Below the pieces are notes generated by a model, which was given only the letters and a program-made list of their open reading frames with translations, ran no database searches and was not told where the DNA came from. Below, piece by piece: positions 60,771 through 64,000 of a stretch of DNA of 64,000 nucleotides (its first letter is position 1; every line of letters starts with the position of its first letter). The stretch comes from Candidatus Latescibacterota bacterium (lineage in GTDB: Bacteria > Latescibacterota > UBA2968 > GCA-2709665), in assembly GCA_965226795.1 (NCBI GenBank), contig CBDDDZ010000005.1, forward strand, positions 1,696,001 through 1,760,000. Reading direction: 5' to 3'. The translations under genes were made by a program, and so were the position numbers.

Positions 60771-61895
60771 ATGGATGTCGTTGAAATCACTGCCGACCTG
60801 GTTTCTTACAACTCAGCCTCTCAATACAGCAATACGCCGGTATCCCTGGCCATTTCCAAATGGCTGCGCAAGGCGGGGATGTCGGTCGAACTGCTCAAAT
60901 TCAAAGACTCCGAGGGCACGCAGAAAACAAACGTCATCGGGAAGAAAGGCAGGGGTCAAGGTGGCATCGCCCTGCTCGCCCATTCCGACGTGGTTCCGGC
61001 CGAAGGATGGGCCTCGGATCCATTCAGACTTACGCCCAAACAGGGCAGGCTCTACGGCCGTGGCAGCGCCGACATGAAAGGGTCCGTAGCCTGTATGATC
61101 GCGGCTGCAAACGCGTTCTCCGATAAAGAACTCAAGGTGCCCGTCTACGTGATCGTCACCGCCGACGAAGAAACCGACTGCGGCGGCGCCAGGGCCGTCG
61201 CCCTGAGATCGAAAACGCTCAAATCGTCCAAAGTACGATACGGTATCGTCGGCGAACCCACGCTCCTCGACGTGGTATATGCCCACAAGGGCTCGCTCAA
61301 ATTCGAAGCGATGGCACGGGGCAGAGCAGCACACAGCAGTACCGGCAAGGGTGTGAACGCGAATCACAAACTTATCCCGTTTTTGAACGACGTGGTCAGA
61401 CTGGACGACACGTTGCGCACGGATCCCCGGTATCGGAACGAGGCGTTCGATCCACCTCACGGAACGCTGAATATTGTTTTTTCCGACGGCGATACGGCCG
61501 CCAATGTCACGGCGCCCGTTAGCCGGGCCGTCATTAACTGTCGTCCCATGCCAGACCAGAACTGGAAGCCCATCATTAATCACGTGGAACGCCTGGCGGA
61601 AAAGCATGGAGTACAGATTAAACTGCCGAAAGCCCTCGGTCCGCTTAGCACGAACACGGATTCTCCGATTGTGCGTGAGGCGCTTCAGATAGCCGGTAAA
61701 AGGAAACCCAAAACCGTCGCCTACGGAACGGATGGCATGGTATTCGGAAAGACAATGGAACTGGTTGTCATGGGGCCGGGCAATATTCAGCAGGCGCACA
61801 CGGTGGACGAATGGATCGCCAGGGATCAACTCCTCACGGGTTCGGACGTCTTCACAAAAATGGTACATCGTTTCTGCATCGAAAACCCCGTCTGA
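60771..61895 (+). CDS. M20 family metallopeptidase, acetylornithine deacetylase (ArgE)-like
   Basis: AHSDVVP, YGRGSADMKG, DEE, GEPT, AHKG, YGTDG, GPGNIQQAHTVDE. Confidence 0.88.
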   Translation: MDVVEITADLVSYNSASQYSNTPVSLAISKWLRKAGMSVELLKFKDSEGTQKTNVIGKKGRGQGGIALLAHSDVVPAEGWASDPFRLTPKQGRLYGRGSADMKGSVACMIAAANAFSDKELKVPVYVIVTADEETDCGGARAVALRSKTLKSSKVRYGIVGEPTLLDVVYAHKGSLKFEAMARGRAAHSSTGKGVNANHKLIPFLNDVVRLDDTLRTDPRYRNEAFDPPHGTLNIVFSDGDTAANVTAPVSRAVINCRPMPDQNWKPIINHVERLAEKHGVQIKLPKALGPLSTNTDSPIVREALQIAGKRKPKTVAYGTDGMVFGKTMELVVMGPGNIQQAHTVDEWIARDQLLTGSDVFTKMVHRFCIENPV

Positions 61896-62015
61896 CAACC
61901 CTGACTCGTGGAAGGTCGGCAGTGAGGCGCACGGTTGGTCTATGGGTCCAGCACTGCACGACAGTTGATTTGGAATATGTAAAGCTTCTCTCGATCAAGG
62001 CGAGGAGGACATCGG

Positions 62016-62576
62016 ATGTTCAAGACCCTGACCCCCACGCTGCTCTTCGGACTGGCGGTTTCTCTGATCACAGGTTGCGCCGACGAAACACAACACCAGT
62101 TCGCATTTCGCGGCAAATGGCGTCTGGAAAGTCGACAGATGCCAGAAGGGGAGATTCTGCAACCGCCTGCCGTAAGTGGTCATTACGAGTGGTACCCCAC
62201 GGGTACGACCACGGCTCATGTAACGGCCTCAATCTCTCTGGGTCAGGATCAGATCCAGGTTTCAGGTTTCACCTACAGCTTTCAGTCGGAAACCGTCGAA
62301 TCACAGTCTTTCACTCTGAACGAATATATGGACATCGGCGGCGGCTACAGTACATCACCTCAAGAAACTCATAACGCGCCCGACAAAACCACACCCGGTG
62401 ACATGGTTGTAAACGGTAACCACGTTTCCCTCAAAAATGCCGACGGCGCAACCCAGGTGTACGAAGACATCAGCATTGCAGTGATCGATAGTGTCGTCTT
62501 CAAAGTCACCTTTAAAAACGGTACCATGGACACCTGGCGGCGATTTGCGGACCAACTGGGGGTGCTGCCGAAGTAA
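62016..62576 (+). CDS. Hypothetical lipoprotein (lipocalin-like GxWxL motif)
   Basis: Lipobox LITGC, GKWRLES; GAGGAGG RBS. Confidence 0.7.
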   Translation: MFKTLTPTLLFGLAVSLITGCADETQHQFAFRGKWRLESRQMPEGEILQPPAVSGHYEWYPTGTTTAHVTASISLGQDQIQVSGFTYSFQSETVESQSFTLNEYMDIGGGYSTSPQETHNAPDKTTPGDMVVNGNHVSLKNADGATQVYEDISIAVIDSVVFKVTFKNGTMDTWRRFADQLGVLPK

Positions 62577-62605
62577 ATCCCTCTACGTGGCATGAACGTG
62601 TAAAC

Positions 62606-62648
62606 ACCGCAGGGGCGCGTACAGAGTCATCGCGCCCCTCGTGGTTTT
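62606..62648 (+). terminator. Probable intrinsic terminator
   Basis: AGGGGCGCG...CGCGCCCCT stem followed by CGTGGTTTT. Confidence 0.55.
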
Positions 62649-62665
62649 CCGGGGACGTATAGACG

Positions 62666-64000
62666 ATGGCCAGGATGTTATTGGGAAAGATTCTTCAGAA
62701 AAACGCCCGGGATCCCGGCCTTGGACATAAAACCGCGACAATCTTCGGAAACCGTACACTCACATATGCCGAGTTGAACGCCCAGGCCAACCGCGTTGCC
62801 AACGGCCTCTTGGACCTCGGCGCTCGGAAGGGGGACCGAATCGGCGTTCTGAGTCGTAATTCCGACGTGTACGTCGCCCTCTACTTCGCACTGGCCAAAC
62901 TTGGCGCCATTATGGTTCCGGTCAATTTCTGGTACCGCAGCCAAGAAATCCGCTATACGCTTCACCAGTCCGGCGCCCGTGGCCTGATCTTCCATCGTCG
63001 CTTCGCTGACGTCGTTGCCGGCGTCGGCGACCTGTCCAAACTGGAGTGGACGCTTACCATCGGCGACGATCGCGGCAGTCGCCTGGAGGATGTGGCGGCC
63101 GGATCCCCGGAAGTCGAACCGGGAGTCGAACCCGACGAGAACGACCCTCATATCATTCTATACACAAGCGGCACGACAGGGTTTCCCAAAGGCGCGGTTT
63201 TCTCGCATAAAAGCCATTACCTTCAGGCCCTCTCCCTTGCCCACTCGACGGGAGGGCACAGTGATGACGTGGGCCTGGTCGTCTACCCACTCTTCCACAC
63301 CGGCGGGCCGGACTGTCTGGTCCTTCCACACTTCCTGGTGGGAGCCACCCTCGTGATTCTGGACGGTGCGAATCCAGACGCCATCCTGTCGGCCGCTGCG
63401 TCGCACAAGGCTACCAACATTTTCTGCGTACCGACGGTCTGGCGCTGGATACTTGCATGCCAGCACAGGAAAAACTACGACGTCACTTCGGTCCAGCGCT
63501 GTCTGGGTTCGTCGGATACCCTCCCGACGGCGCTGCTCGAGGACATCCTGGCCACATTCGAAAGCGACGTTTACGTCACCTACGGGCTTACCGAGGCCGG
63601 CTGTATCCTTACGGTCTGCCGTCTCACGGCAAACGACCTGGGCAAACTCGGCTCGGTGGGCCGACCCATGCCGTCGGTTGAACTCAGCGTCGTGGATTCG
63701 TGTGGCAATCCGGTGACTTCCGGAGAGGTAGGCGAGGTTGTCGCGAAGACGGCGTCTACGATGCTCGGATACTGGGACATGCCTGAGAAAACAGAGGAAT
63801 CGCTGAAGGGTGGCTGGTTATACACCGGAGATCTGGGCAGAATGGACAACGATGGCTATCTCTACCTGTCGGGCAGGGCAAAGGATATGATCATCAGCGG
63901 CGGGGAAAATATCTATCCGCTGGAAATCGAACGCCTGTTGAGAGAAAACCCGAAAATCCGTGACGCTGCCGTGGTCGGCATCCCCGACAGAGAATGGGGC
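62666..64000 (+). CDS. Long-chain acyl-CoA synthetase/AMP-binding enzyme (truncated by window end; absent from the ORF track)
   Basis: MARMLLGKIL...TYAELN, ILYTSGTTGFPKG, YGLTEAG, GWLYTGDLG, DMIISGGENIYP. Confidence 0.9.
   Translation, partial: MARMLLGKILQKNARDPGLGHKTATIFGNRTLTYAELNAQANRVANGLLDLGARKGDRIGVLSRNSDVYVALYFALAKLGAIMVPVNFWYRSQEIRYTLHQSGARGLIFHRRFADVVAGVGDLSKLEWTLTIGDDRGSRLEDVAAGSPEVEPGVEPDENDPHIILYTSGTTGFPKGAVFSHKSHYLQALSLAHSTGGHSDDVGLVVYPLFHTGGPDCLVLPHFLVGATLVILDGANPDAILSAAASHKATNIFCVPTVWRWILACQHRKNYDVTSVQRCLGSSDTLPTALLEDILATFESDVYVTYGLTEAGCILTVCRLTANDLGKLGSVGRPMPSVELSVVDSCGNPVTSGEVGEVVAKTASTMLGYWDMPEKTEESLKGGWLYTGDLGRMDNDGYLYLSGRAKDMIISGGENIYPLEIERLLRENPKIRDAAVVGIPDREWG

Noticed and set aside
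1..64000. Genome-wide TAG reassignment as the explanation for the amber codon
   Set aside because: Several full-length genes end normally at TAG (213, 3868, 15972, 22511, 22666, 33253)
1..64000. CRISPR array, tRNA/rRNA, prophage, integrase or defence genes
   Set aside because: No regularly spaced repeats, cloverleaf signatures or such protein motifs were seen

Overview
GC-rich (about 60% by eye) bacterial chromosomal segment with roughly 45 protein-coding genes. No rRNA, tRNA, CRISPR array, integrase or transposase was seen. The cohesin-like/FlgD-Ig secreted protein and the many PhyH, amidohydrolase and TIM-barrel paralogs suggest an FCB-group organism such as Latescibacterota (inference only). 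Housekeeping genes: tamAB, clpB (with a consensus sigma54 promoter), asd (under a lysine riboswitch with an attenuator), purN-purC-mreB-mreC, galU, pcm, a ccsA-sirC-hemA-hemC-cobA/hemD tetrapyrrole operon, anmK, ggt and a core methionine synthase. Accessory catabolic clusters lie at 0.4-5.6 kb and 15-33 kb. Most notable observations: (1) two CehA/McbA-like metallohydrolase paralogs, one split by a single in-frame TAG with a strong stem-loop 8 nt downstream; (2) a structured, MITE-like repeat present twice, each copy ending 21 nt upstream of a start codon; (3) a tandem pair of CE7 esterases, one intact and one lacking the catalytic motif, in an operon with a transglutaminase-like protein; (4) an apparent exported protein-repair operon (GILT-like multi-thioredoxin protein, lipobox-bearing Pcm, DUF402); (5) a perfect 45-bp palindrome; (6) a DUF2723/TMEM260-like plus GT2 locus. 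All family calls come from motif recognition by eye, not database searches.
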